A stretch of 63,799 nt of DNA, counting the filler, from Octopus bimaculoides (Eukaryota), in assembly GCF_001194135.2 (NCBI RefSeq). It is 6 parts of 6 records of this genome, joined end to end, with 100 filler letters (N's around TTAATTAATTAA, not from the genome) between each part and the next. Parts side by side here need not be neighbours in the genome. Positions count along the whole stretch, not along the records: positions 40,505 to 60,743 come from NC_068984.1; positions 60,844 to 62,348 come from NW_026436977.1; positions 62,449 to 63,799 come from NW_026304362.1; 3 more parts are not named here. One strand, 5' to 3'. The notes beneath the pieces are model-generated. The model ran no database searches. It saw only the letters and a program-made list of their open reading frames with translations, and was not told where the DNA came from. A program made the position numbers and the translations under genes. Positions 48,826-62,499 of this stretch are shown piece by piece (the first letter of the stretch is position 1; each line of letters opens with the position of its first letter).

Positions 48826-49265
48826 TATTTTTCTTTTTGTTTGTTTGAGCAGCTTCTTGTTATTTTGTTGTTGTAAGTGTTATTATGAGAAACTTTGCCA
48901 TCTTAATCATCTCTTGTTGGCAACAATTTGATGATAAATCTGAACGGAGCTAATTTTATAACATGCTTGTGTTAATTAGAAGGTACATTCTTCGGCTTTC
49001 TCCAGTGCAACGAGTTAACTTTAGTTATAACTAAAACTTCACTCGATTTATATATGGCTTCATTTTACTTGATTCGTTAATGTCTATATTTTTCATCTTT
49101 CGTTGAAATAATTATCATAATTAACATCACTATCATCAATACTGCAACAAATATCATCACCGTTGTTGTTGTTGTTGTTGCTGTTGTTTACTGATGATGA
49201 TGATGACGATGATGATGATGATGATGATGATGATGATAAACAGAATAACCACAATAATAATAATG

Positions 49266-49316
<51 letters not shown>

Positions 49317-49996
49317 TGAAAAATAATAATTCACATCTTCACCTCCACCATTCGCATTATTCCTATCACCTTCCTCTACTTCATCAGCATCCATGATCGC
49401 GTAAGCCCGCCTCATCGTCGAAATCCACTTCTTCTTCTTCTTCTTCTTCTTNNNNNNNNNNNNNNNNNNNNNNNNNNNNNNNNNNNNNNNNNNNNNNNNN
49501 NNNNNNNNNNNNNNNNNNNNNNNNNNNNNNNNNNNNNNNNNNNNNNNNNNNNNNNNNNNNNNNNNNNNNNNNNNNNNNNNNNNNNNNNNNNNNNNNNNNN
49601 NNNNNNNNNNNNNNNNNNNNNNNNNNNNNNNNNNNNNNNNNNNNNNNNNNNNNNNNNNNNNNNNNNNNNNNNNNNNNNNNNNNNNNNNNNNNNNNNNNNN
49701 NNNNNNNNNNNNNNNNNNNNNNNNNNNNNNNNNNNNNNNNNNNNNNNNNNNNNNNNNNNNNNNNNNNNNNNNNNNNNNNNNNNNNNNNNNNNNNTTTCTA
49801 AGTGAATACAGTTAATACAACGTATTTCATTTATAAGAAGAAAAACGACATCAACATTACTGTCAAGATAAAATATTCAAACGGGCAAGAACAACAACTA
49901 TAACACAATCACAACAAACAGCAAATCATTAAATACTGCTTCTAGTTGAAGTGCTCCGAGGTTTGACGTTTATTTTCCTCCACATAATTCTTTGCA

Positions 49997-50051
<55 letters not shown>

Positions 50052-52573
50052 TTAGTAATAAATCGCTCAGTGGTGTCTATTCTGATTATTTTGATAGAAA
50101 TTCTCTTCTGAATTTGAACAGGTTGAAAAACAGTTTGGAACCTGATTACGCCTGAAAACTACTTGATTGGTTAACACAGGAAACTGTGATTCCAATTGTC
50201 AAGCTATTAATCAAACAATAATTTCACTCTATTGACGCCTATGGATTTGTCTCTAGTTTAAACGCTGCCATAAATGTGATTTTCTTGAATGGAAATATGT
50301 ACAATAATTGTTCGAAAAAATATACAATGATAGTTGCTAAGACTTTTGTGATCAAATTGCCTAAATCTGCATTTTTAAATAAATATCAGCTGTAATTGAT
50401 ACCAATTCTGCCAATCTGTACATTGTATTTCTATAATAATAATTTCGTTTTTATATTATTATTTATATAAATGATTACATACTTTTAAAGTTGAAATTCT
50501 CTAAATTTGTAAAGTGGATTGGATGCGAACGAAAGATCAATATATTTCGCTATAGACTTCACCACTTTATCTTGCTGAATAAATTATATATCTCAATACT
50601 ATTCGAGATACTTTATTTAAGATACCATATACTTAGGCAATGAGAGTGGTAATGTTCACTTAATTTAGATCATTCTAGCAACAATGGAATATCAACAATT
50701 AACAATAATGTGTCGTCTCTGTTATAAAACTCGCCTTCTGCATATTTAAAAAATATTATTATCAAAGTTACTAATTCTTCATTTATTTCTATTTATGCAA
50801 CAATGTTCGAACACTCTTATTCTTTTCCTTGTATAGAATAGTTAAGATGGTATTAATGATATAATATTGTGCGTTTTCGTAGGGAATTGGCGGTCTTGAT
50901 ATGGTAGCAGCAACAACTTCTGCTGTAGTGACAGCGACGATCAAATTAAAAGTAACAGGAGCAACATATCAGCAGCAGCCAAAGCATTAAATCTGAAGTA
51001 TTAACAATAAAAATGTCAGCAATAAAAAGATACCGCGTTACCATCGAGGATATTTATACTGCAAATTACATTTACTGCATGAGCCAAACTTTTACTGCTG
51101 CAAAAATTGATTCTGTAGCTACCCAGAGGAAGAGAAAGAAAGCGTGAAGATTGGAGCTCAATTGATTATTCGTATTTTTGAAGGGTAAAATATCATTTGT
51201 GGGATTGATATTCCTCTGTCAACCAGAATTTCCTGCTAGACTGACGGCCGTATACACCTGTTTGACGTATATTGTTGACATGACCTCCATATCAGGTATA
51301 CAAAATTCAGAAATAATATAAAAGAAAAAATAATATTGGTCATTGATCTGTCAGTTCGATCAGATACCGGAACAATGTACAGATTACTTTGTTCTATGTT
51401 ATGAGGAACGTTTATGAACCCTTGCATAGAAGATCAGCTTGCAGTTATCACCCATGCAGAGGCGTTCATGTTCTGCTAGCTAACATACATGGAATGAACA
51501 GCGTGATATAATCACTCTGCATCATGGTTTCTCTTTGATACTTAGAATGATTGATCTGCCGTTCTCTGCTAGTGATCGATTTTCAAAGGAGGCATAGCAG
51601 TTAGATTATAATGTGGAGGGCGATGTATTTTATAGTAGTGACCACAATGAGACGTGATATAAAACTCATGCCATCGCCGTCGCTTCATAGCTGTAAGAAT
51701 GTGTGACAACGATCGATGAATTGTTATAGTCACACACGGGAATGTGGCGTGTTATGTTTTTAAAATTTAAAATTCGATTAAAATGGAATATTACTTTATG
51801 TTATTAACAATAAGTGGAAATAAATTCTGAAAGGAAATATAAAATAAGAACATGCTATTTAACGTTCTACCCATTGAGAATTGATTATTTACAAGGACAC
51901 TATAAAGTTTCACAAAAAAATGTCAGCTGATTAACGTGTCTACAAAACAGTTCATTTAAATTAAGCAGGAAAACATTGTTTTCGTAAGGGTTGATTGATA
52001 TAATTTTACTGTTTTCACTTTTCTAGATGGCTATATAGAGATTGATGGTAATCTCGCTTTAGATTAGTAACCGAGTTAGACTTGATCAATAGTACCGATG
52101 AACGAAGACACTCCAGCATGGATTACCGTTTTTCTTTTCCCAAAGGAAATGAATCAAGGACTATATTATCCGAAGTTTTCTTTCAGAAGTAAGACAATAA
52201 GATGAGAATTTCATGTGAGTTCACAACTATTTCTATCTGGTCAACTGCCCGCAAAGCGGCAATTGTTAAAGATGGACATGTTAGCTGTTGACATTCATTT
52301 GAATAACAAGGTCGAGAACAGAGAAATGATTGCGGGTTAGACAAAATCGAAATTTCAATGTGTTAATATTACGAGTGAGATACGACATTCAACCCCAGGC
52401 ATTGTATTTATATCGAGTATGTTTGAATGTGCTTACAACTTAAATAGTATTGGAATTTCCGTCTGGATTCTCGTAAAAAAATATATTTACTGTATATATT
52501 ATTGAAAAGACTGTGAAAATAAAATGTAGACACTATCTAGCTAGTAATAATCATAAACATTGTTAAAAGAATT

Positions 52574-52679
<106 letters not shown>

Positions 52680-53989
52680 GGTGGCGAGTTTNNNNNNNNN
52701 NNNNNNNNNNNNNNNNNNNNNNNNNNNNNNNNNNNNNNNNNNNNNNNNNNNNNNNNNNNNNNNNNNNNNNNNNNNNNNNNNNNNNNNNNNNNNNNNNNNN
52801 NNNNNNNNNNNNNNNNNNNNNNNNNNNNNNNNNNNNNNNNNNNNNNNNNNNNNNNNNNNNNNNNNNNNNNNNNNNNNNNNNNNNNNNNNNNNNNNNNNNN
52901 NNNNNNNNNNNNNNNNNNNNNNNNNNNNNNNNNNNNNNNNNNNNNNNNNNNNNNNNNNNNNNNNNNNNNNNNNNNNNNNNNNNNNNNNNNNNNNNNNNNN
53001 NNNNNNNNNNNNNNNNNNNNNNNNNNNNNNNNNNNNNNNNNNNNNNNNNNNNNNNNNNNNNNNNNNNNNNNNNNNNNNNNNNNNNNNNNNNNNNNNNNNN
53101 NNNNNNNNNNNNNNNNNNNNNNNNNNNNNNNNNNNNNNNNNNNNNNNNNNNNNNNNNNNNNNNNNNNNNNNNNNNNNNNNNNNNNNNNNNNNNNNNNNNN
53201 NNNNNNNNNNNNNNNNNNNNNNNNNNNNNNNNNNNNNNNNNNNNNNNNNNNNNNNNNNNNNNNNNNNNNNNNNNNNNNNNNNNNNNNNNNNNNNNNNNNN
53301 NNNNNNNNNNNNNNNNNNNNNNNNNNNNNNNNNNNNNNNNNNNNNNNNNNNNNNNNNNNNNNNNNNNNNNNNNNNNNNNNNNNNNNNNNNNNNNNNNNNN
53401 NNNNNNNNNNNNNNNNNNNNNNNNNNNNNNNNNNNNNNNNNNNNNNNNNNNNNNNNNNNNNNNNNNNNNNNNNNNNNNNNNNNNNNNNNNNNNNNNNNNN
53501 NNNNNNNNNNNNNNNNNNNNNNNNNNNNNNNNNNNNNNNNNNNNNNNNNNNNATATATATGAAATCCCCTAATATACGATACATTTGTGCATTAAAATTA
53601 CTACACGAGTGGGTAAGAACTCTAAGGAAAAGCAATTCGTAAGTGAAGAAAATATATTTTGGTTCACTTTTCTGAAAAGTAAACTTTCCGAATCCACACC
53701 AAAGCTGGCAAAGCGACATTTCTCTATATACAGTATATACACCCAAAGTCATTATAAAATATATACTCGTTTTATTGCATTGCTATTTGTGTAACAGACT
53801 TCCTTCATATGTAGCAGAAAGAGACGATAGTCTTAGTGATGTTCGTAGAAGCATTGATCTAACTGCAACTGTTCAGATTTTATCTTGCAGATAAATTTAG
53901 AAAGTCTCAAAACAATGCCTATATGAACATCATTAATGCAAAGTAGCCTTAGACGGTGCATGAAAAATTAAACAGTACCTCCTTGCTTA

Positions 53990-54430
53990 ATGAAATCCCA
54001 GAGAAGCAGAATGATATAACCGATATACCTCTGTGGCTTAAAACCTGGAAGAGGCTTCCATATATTTTCGAAAAGCGTATTGTTGGTAGCACTAACTAAT
54101 GTAAAATGGAATCTGTGGTTCCTTAACCATGGCAGAATATATGAGGCTTCGTACATAAATCATGTGCCTAGTGCATAAATCATATGTCCCGTACACAAGG
54201 CAGAAATTGTTGCCTACAAGAGATGATTAAGATGCAAAGTTTCTTATAACACTTGCATAAAAATACCAAAAGCTGCACAACAAAGGCGTAAACATAACAA
54301 TTCTGTGAGTTTGTGATGGCTTGCGTAATGTATTTGCTGTCGTTATTAATTGCCAAGAAGTATTGTTTGTTTCAGGGAGCCACAAGTATTCTTTGAAATT
54401 TTGCAAAACATTCTACACAAACAAGAAGTA
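53990..54430 (+). mobile_element. Highly decayed CR1-like 3' end
   Basis: IPKAAQQRRKHNNSV and LPRSIVCFREPQVFFEILQNILHK loosely match the CR1 C-terminus (IPK..CNSL..LP..R..FK..LD.IL). Confidence 0.35.
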
Positions 54431-56588
54431 ATGATATTGAGAATAAAACTCAAAACAATTAGTTTGAAAAATTAGAATGGTACATAAATATATCTATATG
54501 TTCAATATAATTATCTTTAAGCAACTGATATATATCTAGTATATAGCATTCGTATATGATTTACCTAGAAAAACCTGATGCTGATTATATTTTTTTCTGC
54601 GACACATTCAAGGGATTAAGTATAAACTGCTTTTGTTTTGTCTCTGCACATTCAATAGCATGTGATTCAATGAAATCAATGATATTACAAAAAAGTGTAA
54701 TAATGTTTAGGAGCATAAATGCATTTTTATATTAAGCTTTTGATAACTACTCTTAATTTACAACATTATGTTATTGTTAAACGGGAAGAGAGAAATAACA
54801 TTCATGTATATCTAGATCGAGTTTAAATGTATTCTTGCATTACAGAATGATACTGCTGATAAACTAAAAGATAAAACAGTAGCTTTTGTTAAAATATAAC
54901 TTGTTGATAAGATTGTACTTTCAGTATACTGCATCGTGTAACATATAATTTTCTGTTCGTATCTACGGTATATGCTAAAGCGGACGTAACTGGTAGAATG
55001 GATACCCCTTGTAGCCGATTTTATGAACGTTGTTCATCGCGTTGTTGGGTCCTGCATGAAATTACTTGGTTCTTTACATTAAATAATTTGAGGGGCTATA
55101 TGAAGGATAGAATGTGTTGTGTTGACGCCTCCAGAAGATGAAGTAGGCTATTCCAATACGTGGATATAGAGGGAGAAATTTAGACATCGAGGTAGTTGAA
55201 TGGAACTAGAGAACCTCAGACAAAAAAGACTGATAATTAATATGTATAACGAGAACAGTGAAATGGAACTGCGAGCTTGGGGGAAGGGGGGGGGGGCTCG
55301 TAAGCCATTACATCCTTTCATTGTCAAATATTTCATTTCGTATTTCAAGATTCGTTTTATGTACCCCAGGTTTTGCATTGTCTGTCCTTGTAGTGTCTCC
55401 CTCTATGTTATGGCTGTAGTGCCCAATAAAGAAAATAGTTGCGTAGAGGTCATCCGAACGTGTGATATAACAGAATGATAGAAATTAGGCATTTATTATG
55501 ACGTCTTATTAACGGTATCTGTTCTCTTACCGTTCAGCGAAAATCTTCTGTACACATATACAGAAGTAGGCATTCAATAGTATTGGCCGCCGAATTTAAT
55601 AACTCCTACGAAATTATTCAATCATTTATTTTATGTTTACATTGAAACAAAATATATTTACGTAAGTAACAGTTTGTTTCCGTACAATAATGTAAAAAAT
55701 ACAAAGCTTCCACTTAAGTAATGAGGAAATTGAATAATCCATCTTCGCTTACTATTAATACCTACAAGCTACTAGTAATTGTTTTCAGTATCTGATGAAG
55801 TTCCTGTAGCTTAATAATGTGTTTCAATTTTTGCAGCATGATATTTGACTTCCATAAATACTTGCTTTTAATCATGTTCCGTAGGTAATTACCCGCGCGC
55901 GCGCGCACATGCAAGCAATTTCAAGGATACCTTTGTTTTTCTATGTTTCATTTTATATTTAGTAGCGATAATTTCTCTCTTGCTATGATCGATGTTAATT
56001 ACAAAATATGTATAATCATTTTTTTCTAATTATACATATTACAGTACAATTATATGGTAAATTAATTTGAAGTGGAATTTCCCGGTGGATTTGTATCAAT
56101 TTCAATTATTATTTGTCGCCACAATTTATAGTTGAATTAAGAATAACAGTTAAATGCACCATAAACCTGAATAAAATGTTACTTTCACAAAGCATAGTTT
56201 ATTGGAAATCTATAACGATCAACAATATATCCAACTAAAATATTGAATAAATTTCGGCACAATTTGAACTGGAAATTATTATTTCCTTAGGTCATGTATA
56301 GCGCCGAAAAATATAATGTTATTGGTCATGGAAATTATTTTGAAAAGGAGGAAAATGAGCGATTATCTAAATATTTAACTTTAGTTCATGCAAGAAATCT
56401 CAAAAATTCTGAGATTAGTTAGAGATTATCGAAAACGATACTTCATTTATAAAATCTAAATCATTATTAGATAAATAACCATAATACAACAAAAGCAAGA
56501 GCAACAGCTAATGCTATTACTAATGCTAAATATTTGTTTTTATTTATACCACAACTGTAGAAGCATTGTGAAATATGTAAGACTTCTT

Positions 56589-56589
<1 letters not shown>

Positions 56590-56657
<68 letters not shown>
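56590..56657. repeat. (TAG)n microsatellite
   Basis: Seen directly. Confidence 0.95.
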
Positions 56658-56829
56658 GTGCACATACTCGGAAACTTTTAAATTTCCGTCTCTGTTATAT
56701 TGTTGACATTCACGCATTTACTTACACACACACACACACACATACACACACACACATACACACACACACACTTACACAAACACAAACAAGTCAATTTACG
56801 ATCAAACTTGGCCCACACTATGTCTAATC

Positions 56830-58050
56830 TAGTAGCACTGCTTGTTAGACTGTTCGATGACGTTCAAGTCAAGTTTTTGTTAATTAGGAATTTTCCAGCA
56901 GAGGTTTCGTTTAGTTTCCCTCGCAGAAATTTACACTAATATTGTGTGAATGTGAGAGTATCTGCCTCTTATTTGATTTCTGTTGCGAAGATACTAAATA
57001 CAGCGCGACAATTATTCAATATGTTTATGTTCTGTGAGCCTAGTTTTTTATAAAAGTCACATGGCATGTTAGCTGAGCATTGAATGATTTGCAAAGACGT
57101 TACTGAACTCTTTTTGTCAACGCAGATGTATATTCTCCCCTTCCTGCAATTGAAATTGCGTCTACAATCTCGTTGAAGAGAACAGTGATCCAGTGATTTG
57201 ATATAATCGAATAATCCGATCTGTCATGCTTTTATTAATTTTTGTTCTAATTGTCATTTATCGTGCCGAGCCCTGCTCGAGGTAATGGCTACTATGTGAA
57301 AATCCCGGGCGACGTTGTATTGTATTCGTGAACGTAGAAAATGGTAGCAACTGAGTCGTGATAGCATCTGGTTTTCTAGCCAGGAATGTTCTGAGGTATT
57401 AGAAGTTCATTTTATGAGACATATATGCGGTTTGAATGCTCCAGCTAAGTTAGTTCTCAACATCTACTCCAAAATTTCTGATGTTTTTAGATAGCAGGAG
57501 TAGTTCTTCCGATGGAAAATGCTAGGGATCCTTTATCTATTCTTTTCCCAGATTGCATGAGTTCAAATTTCATTCTACAAGGCGCATGTATTTTCTGTTC
57601 GTCTATTGACGTGCAGTAATATATATATTGATGAGGAATAAGTCGGTTCCATGGTCCCGGAGAACCCAAATGAAGGGATTAGAGCTTCATGCATTCATGC
57701 ATTGTGAGGTGTACATGTATTTCCTGATATTTAAAAACATTTCCTGAAGGACACTTAAATATTATAAACTCTTTAACTCACGTGTAAATAATATCGATGC
57801 AAACATCGTGTGTTACACTAGACACAAGCATACATACGAATAGCCCAACACAGCGACGTCCGAAATTCTACGAATTGCTGACTAGAAATATCCTGACTCT
57901 CAGATGTTGTCGTCTCTACTGCTACCCCGATGCCATTACAAGACACTATAAAGTTATCACAGTCAATAGCTTTAAAGGAAAACATACACATCATATGCAC
58001 TCCTCCCAATGCAGGAATAATTGAAACTCTAATTCCCTGTCTCGTTTCAT
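56830..58050 (-). mobile_element. Decayed CR1-clade LINE, RT to 3' end (~1.2 kb)
   Basis: Colinear remnants: DVYVF/FKAID (~57970), LFLINI (~57630), KFELMQSGK (~57560), RNFGVDVEN*LSWS (~57470), YLRTFLARKPDAI (~57390), SLQR (~57175), KIPN (~56890). Confidence 0.55.
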
Positions 58051-60954
58051 CTGGAGTTTGCGGGACCATCAAAATGACTTACTCTACATCAAAAGAAATA
58101 TCGCTGAAGTGACCTCACCTTTCGCCCCTAAAATGTGTAATTACAAAATTTGTTTCCTTGCACACACTTCATTAAATCGTAGTACCGATCTATAGATTCA
58201 TGCCCTCTTAATAGGCTTTAAACTTTTTGTCGACGATTATACACACCAACTAGAGTTAATCTAGTCGACTTGTGAACAAGGTAGGACAAATAATCTCTAC
58301 TGCCCCTATAGAGTACATCCTATGCACATCGGTCACATTTATTCATGTGTAATCTAACGTTAAATGCAGTTTGTCCCATTTAGTTACTGCTTTCGGTAAT
58401 GTGTTGAAATTCCAAATAATAATTATGTTGATGATACTTGCTCACCATGTGCGGTAGCCAATACAAGGAAGTGATATCGATAAATAAACTACGCTACAGA
58501 CTGTAGACAAGCTGGTGGAAGTTTTTTTTTTAATTTTAGGTTCAATGTTCAGCATGATTTTTAAATCCGAGAGGAAGTGAACGTAAAATTAAAGAAAATA
58601 ACTGTCGATTGTATTTTCAATATTCCTATTTCAGCAAGCAAGTACCTTTCCTGCTCTTAATATGCAGTTTCCAAAATTGTAGCCTTACGTTTAATGATCA
58701 AATCAACAACTTCATTCGCTAGTTTTTGTATCACAGCAGAGTAACAATTCTTTCGTAGAAAACAAGTTCAATTTTCTAGAAATGTGTTGTTGAAATTTTG
58801 TAATTGGAATTTCTGATCAATAATATCAATATTAATTATCTTATTTAAAATAGCACGCTGTCATTTATTTGTATACATTATACAATTAAATCATTATTTT
58901 AATGATAAATATGAATATATGCGAAAGACAATTGTCTGAAATTCATACCAACCTTGTAACTACTGTTTTCCCTCTGATACAGATTCATATGAATATATTT
59001 AACATCCTTACGTGAAATTAAAATACATTTCTGTATTGATATACATGCATTATATTGTATATATAGAAGTTATAGCATAATTTTAGTTGATTAGATATGA
59101 ATATTTATTTATTTTGTAATTGAATCTAACATGCGTACACACATGTAGAGTGATATATATGTATAAACTCGTATACGTACATATGTATTCACACAAACAA
59201 ACAGGTATATATGTATATGTATACATGTATAAGTGTGTGCGTGCGCGTGAGATGTGCGTTTGAGAGTGTGTGTTTGTTATGTATGTGAGTATATGCAAGT
59301 ATGTAAATATTATAGAAGGAAAGAAGAATATTATGAAAATTTATACACTTTTTAGCAAGAATGTTTCTAGCAACATATGTTAAAACTTAAGAGAAAAACA
59401 TTGAGCCAACCTTCAACTTATAAACTACAGGATGACTTTAATATATACAAGAACATGCAGGCGTCTTACAGATTCATGTTAATATGTATGTATGTGTGTA
59501 CGTATGAATACATATAATTATGCGTGAGTGAGTGTGTCTTATAATATGTGTGTGTATATGAGTTTTGCAATATGTTCATGTAAGTTTCGCATGGCACAGG
59601 GAGTAACATCCAATATCTGGAATATATGTATTTTAAGCATGAGCGTTTGTTTTTCGATTTACACGTTTACTTAATTTGCATGTTAAAGTTACTTGCACAT
59701 TCTGTGTTAAAAATCTACGTCTGTCCTGCTTATTTGTCTTAACGGTGTGTTTAAACGAAAGCATATGTTACAGAATGCTAACGGAAACTAATAACTATGG
59801 AGACAATATACGAGATCATGGAGAACAAAGTATTGGGAAATTAGTTACAGCTTTATCTTCAAACTAACTGATTCATGTTTCAGTCAATGAACATCATTAA
59901 GGAATTTTGGCACAAAAAATATTCGAAGGATTACTAAAGGCGCACCGCCACTTATATTCAACAAGCCTATGTTAAACAGTTGTAGTCAGCTTTATTCTCC
60001 GACATTTGTTTATAAATTGCGATTCCACGTGTTTGTTAATGGCTTAAATGCTACACGACACATATTTCACAGAATAGACTTTGTTTTGAAATTTTTAAAT
60101 ATTATAAAAATGATGTAACAATATGAATTCCTGTTCATAAGACCACTCTTATAGAGCTAGTCGAAGCTATATGACACATTCAAACAGCTAATGAAATTTT
60201 CGAATGCTTAGACTCTGCTATTAATAAAGAAAATGATTGAACATTTACGTAAATACCAGCTCTGCTGTTACCAGGAAGAACAGCCTGGTATATCAGCGTC
60301 GGCTTCTCCATGCAAGTGAAGTGAACAAAATATGAGCGACAAATGTAAATTGCGATTATCTCGTTTTTTTTTTTAGTACCGCTTGTGCGGCAAAGCAACA
60401 CCAAGTGATGAATAAAAAGACAATAATATCTGATTATTTATTATATATAAAGGCAGTAGTTACTACAAATGATATATTAAAATAATGCACCACACATAAC
60501 AATGGCTATGTTGCTCTTTGTGTATCATATGTACAGATGTTTTGGGAGAAATCTCGTTAGAGATATATTTCCCTTAACATTTCATTAGGAATTACATTAA
60601 ACCTGTATACTGGAGCGAAGATCAATTTTATTGATGAATTAATCCACGATTTATATATTGGTGTGTATTTATGTGTCTGTCTGTTTCTTTACACATACAC
60701 ATACACAGACACAGACACAGACACACACACACACCCATATATANNNNNNNNNNNNNNNNNNNNNNNNNNNNNNNNNNNNNNNNNNNNTTAATTAATTAAN
60801 NNNNNNNNNNNNNNNNNNNNNNNNNNNNNNNNNNNNNNNNNNNTATATATATATATATGAGGGGCTTCTTTCAGTTTGCGTCCTCCCCCCCCATTTTTTC
60901 TGTTATCGTTTGTTCAATTCGTTTACGATTTGCTTTGTTTTCTCCACCCCCCAG

Positions 60955-61079
60955 CAACAGAAACTCTTCGCTTTCCTCATGAAGGAGAAGTCCCAACTTG
61001 AACAGGAGTTCAACGAGATGTACGACAAGCGGGAATCTGTGGCCCAATGGGAGGCCCAGATATCTGAGATAATTAAGTG
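60955..61079 (+). CDS. MRCK: Internal coding exon of myotonic dystrophy kinase-related Cdc42-binding kinase (MRCK/CDC42BP/gek), coiled-coil region
   Basis: Pyrimidine tract plus cag acceptor (ag at 60953-54, or in-frame alternative at 60959-60). Reads (QQ)[39 protein letters not shown]-tg, then donor gtgagt at 61080. Matches recalled human MRCK-alpha KKESVAHWEAQITEIIQW. Confidence 0.95.
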
Positions 61080-61133
61080 GTGAGTAATTAGTTTAATTAA
61101 TTATATATATATATATGTATGTATGTGTGTACA

Positions 61134-61249
61134 TATAGGTGTAGGGGTGGCTGTGTTGTAAGTAGCGTGGTTATAAGTCATGTGGTTGGGTTAGGGTTCA
61201 GTCCCCACGGCGTGGTGGCTTCGGAAAGTGTCTTCTACAATAGCCTCCT
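61134..61249 (+). mobile_element. SINE family A head, intronic copy 1
   Basis: taggtgtaggggtggctgtgttgtaagtagc..ggttcagtccccacggcgtgg..aagtgtcttctacaatagcc. Confidence 0.8.
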
Positions 61250-62188
61250 TCTTCTTTTCCTTCTTCTCCTCCTCCTCTTCCTCCTCCTTCTCCTCCTCTT
61301 CCTCGTACTTCTACTCCTCCTCTTCCTCCTACTTCTACTCCTCCTCTTCCTCCTCCACTTCCTCCTACTTCTACTCCTCCTCCTCCTTCTTCTCCTCCTA
61401 CTCTTTCTTCTACTTCTCCTTCTCCTCTTTTTCCTTCTACTTCTCCTCCTCCTCCTCTTTCTCCTACTTGTCCTCCTTCTCCTACTTCTACTCCTCCTTC
61501 TCCTCCTCCGTCTACTTCTCCTTCTACTTCTTCTCCTCCTCTTTCTTCTTCTCCTCCTCCTCCTCCTTTCTCCTTCTACTTCTCCTCCTCCTCTTCTATA
61601 TAGGTGTAGGGGTGGCTGTGTGGTAAGTAGCTTGGTTATAAGTCATGTGGTTGGGTTAGGGTTAGGGTTCAGTCCCCACGGTGTGGTGGCTTCGGAAAGT
61701 GTCTTCTACAATAGCCTCCTATTTCTTCTTCTTCTCCTTCTTCTACTTCTCCTCCTCCTATTTCTCCTTCTACTTCTTCTCCTCCTTCTCTTTCTCCTTC
61801 TACTCCTACTTCTTCTCCACCTCCTCTTTCTTCTTCTTCCTCCTCCTCCTTCTACTTCTCCCCTCCACCTCCTCTTTCTTCTACTTCTCCTTCTCCTTTT
61901 TCTCCTCCTTCTCCTCTTTCTCCTCCTTCTCCCCTTCTCTATCTTCTCCTCCTCTTTCTCCTTCTCCTCCTCTTTCTCCTTCTCCTCCTCTTTCTCCTTC
62001 TCCTCCTCCTCTTTCTCCTTCTCCTCCTCCTCCTCCACTTCCTCCTTCTTCTCCTCCACCTCTCTCCTTTTCCTCCTCCTTCTACTCCTTCTCCTCCTCC
62101 TCCTCCTCCTTTCTCGTTCCTTCTTAAAACCCCTTCCAATTTCTCACCATTCATTCCTTCAATCTTCTTCTCCTTCTCTCTACAACCC
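61250..62188 (+). repeat. CT-rich (CTC/CTT/CTA) low-complexity tracts filling the MRCK intron
   Basis: Almost pure pyrimidine at 61250-61598 and 61721-62188. Confidence 0.95.
61599..61720 (+). mobile_element. SINE family A head, intronic copy 2 (local duplication)
   Basis: Near-identical to 61134-61249, plus one extra TTAGGG unit. Confidence 0.8.
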
Positions 62189-62190
62189 AG

Positions 62191-62287
62191 GGTCAGCGAA
62201 GAGAAGGACGCCCGAGGCTACTTGCAGGCGTTGGCCACCAAGATGACCGAGGAACTGGAAAACCTAAAGGTGATGGGCGAGGATTCG
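62191..62287 (+). CDS. MRCK: Next internal coding exon of MRCK/CDC42BP
   Basis: cag acceptor at 62188-90. First g completes TGG (W), phase-compatible with the previous exon. Then [32 protein letters not shown], donor gtaagt at 62288. Matches recalled MRCK [24 protein letters not shown]. Confidence 0.96.
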
Positions 62288-62314
62288 GTAAGTTTCCTTT
62301 CACTTCTCCTTCTT

Positions 62315-62348
<34 letters not shown>

Positions 62349-62468
62349 NNNNNNNNNNNNNNNNNNNNNNNNNNNNNNNNNNNNNNNNNNNNTTAATTAA
62401 TTAANNNNNNNNNNNNNNNNNNNNNNNNNNNNNNNNNNNNNNNNNNNNACAGAAATATATAAATATGC

Positions 62469-62499
<31 letters not shown>

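Noticed and set aside
51119-51184. Possible 66-nt symmetric exon (YPEEEKESVKIGAQLIIRIFEG)
   Set aside because: Weak pyrimidine tract and donor, no MRCK similarity, and phase 2/2 does not join the phase-0 exon at 60955.
51250-51480. NFVYL motif suggesting an RTE-type RT remnant on the minus strand
   Set aside because: Only one weak motif; no colinear support.
61119-62246. 375-aa Leu/Ser-rich ORF
   Set aside because: Translation of the CT-rich intron, running into the real exon in the wrong frame.
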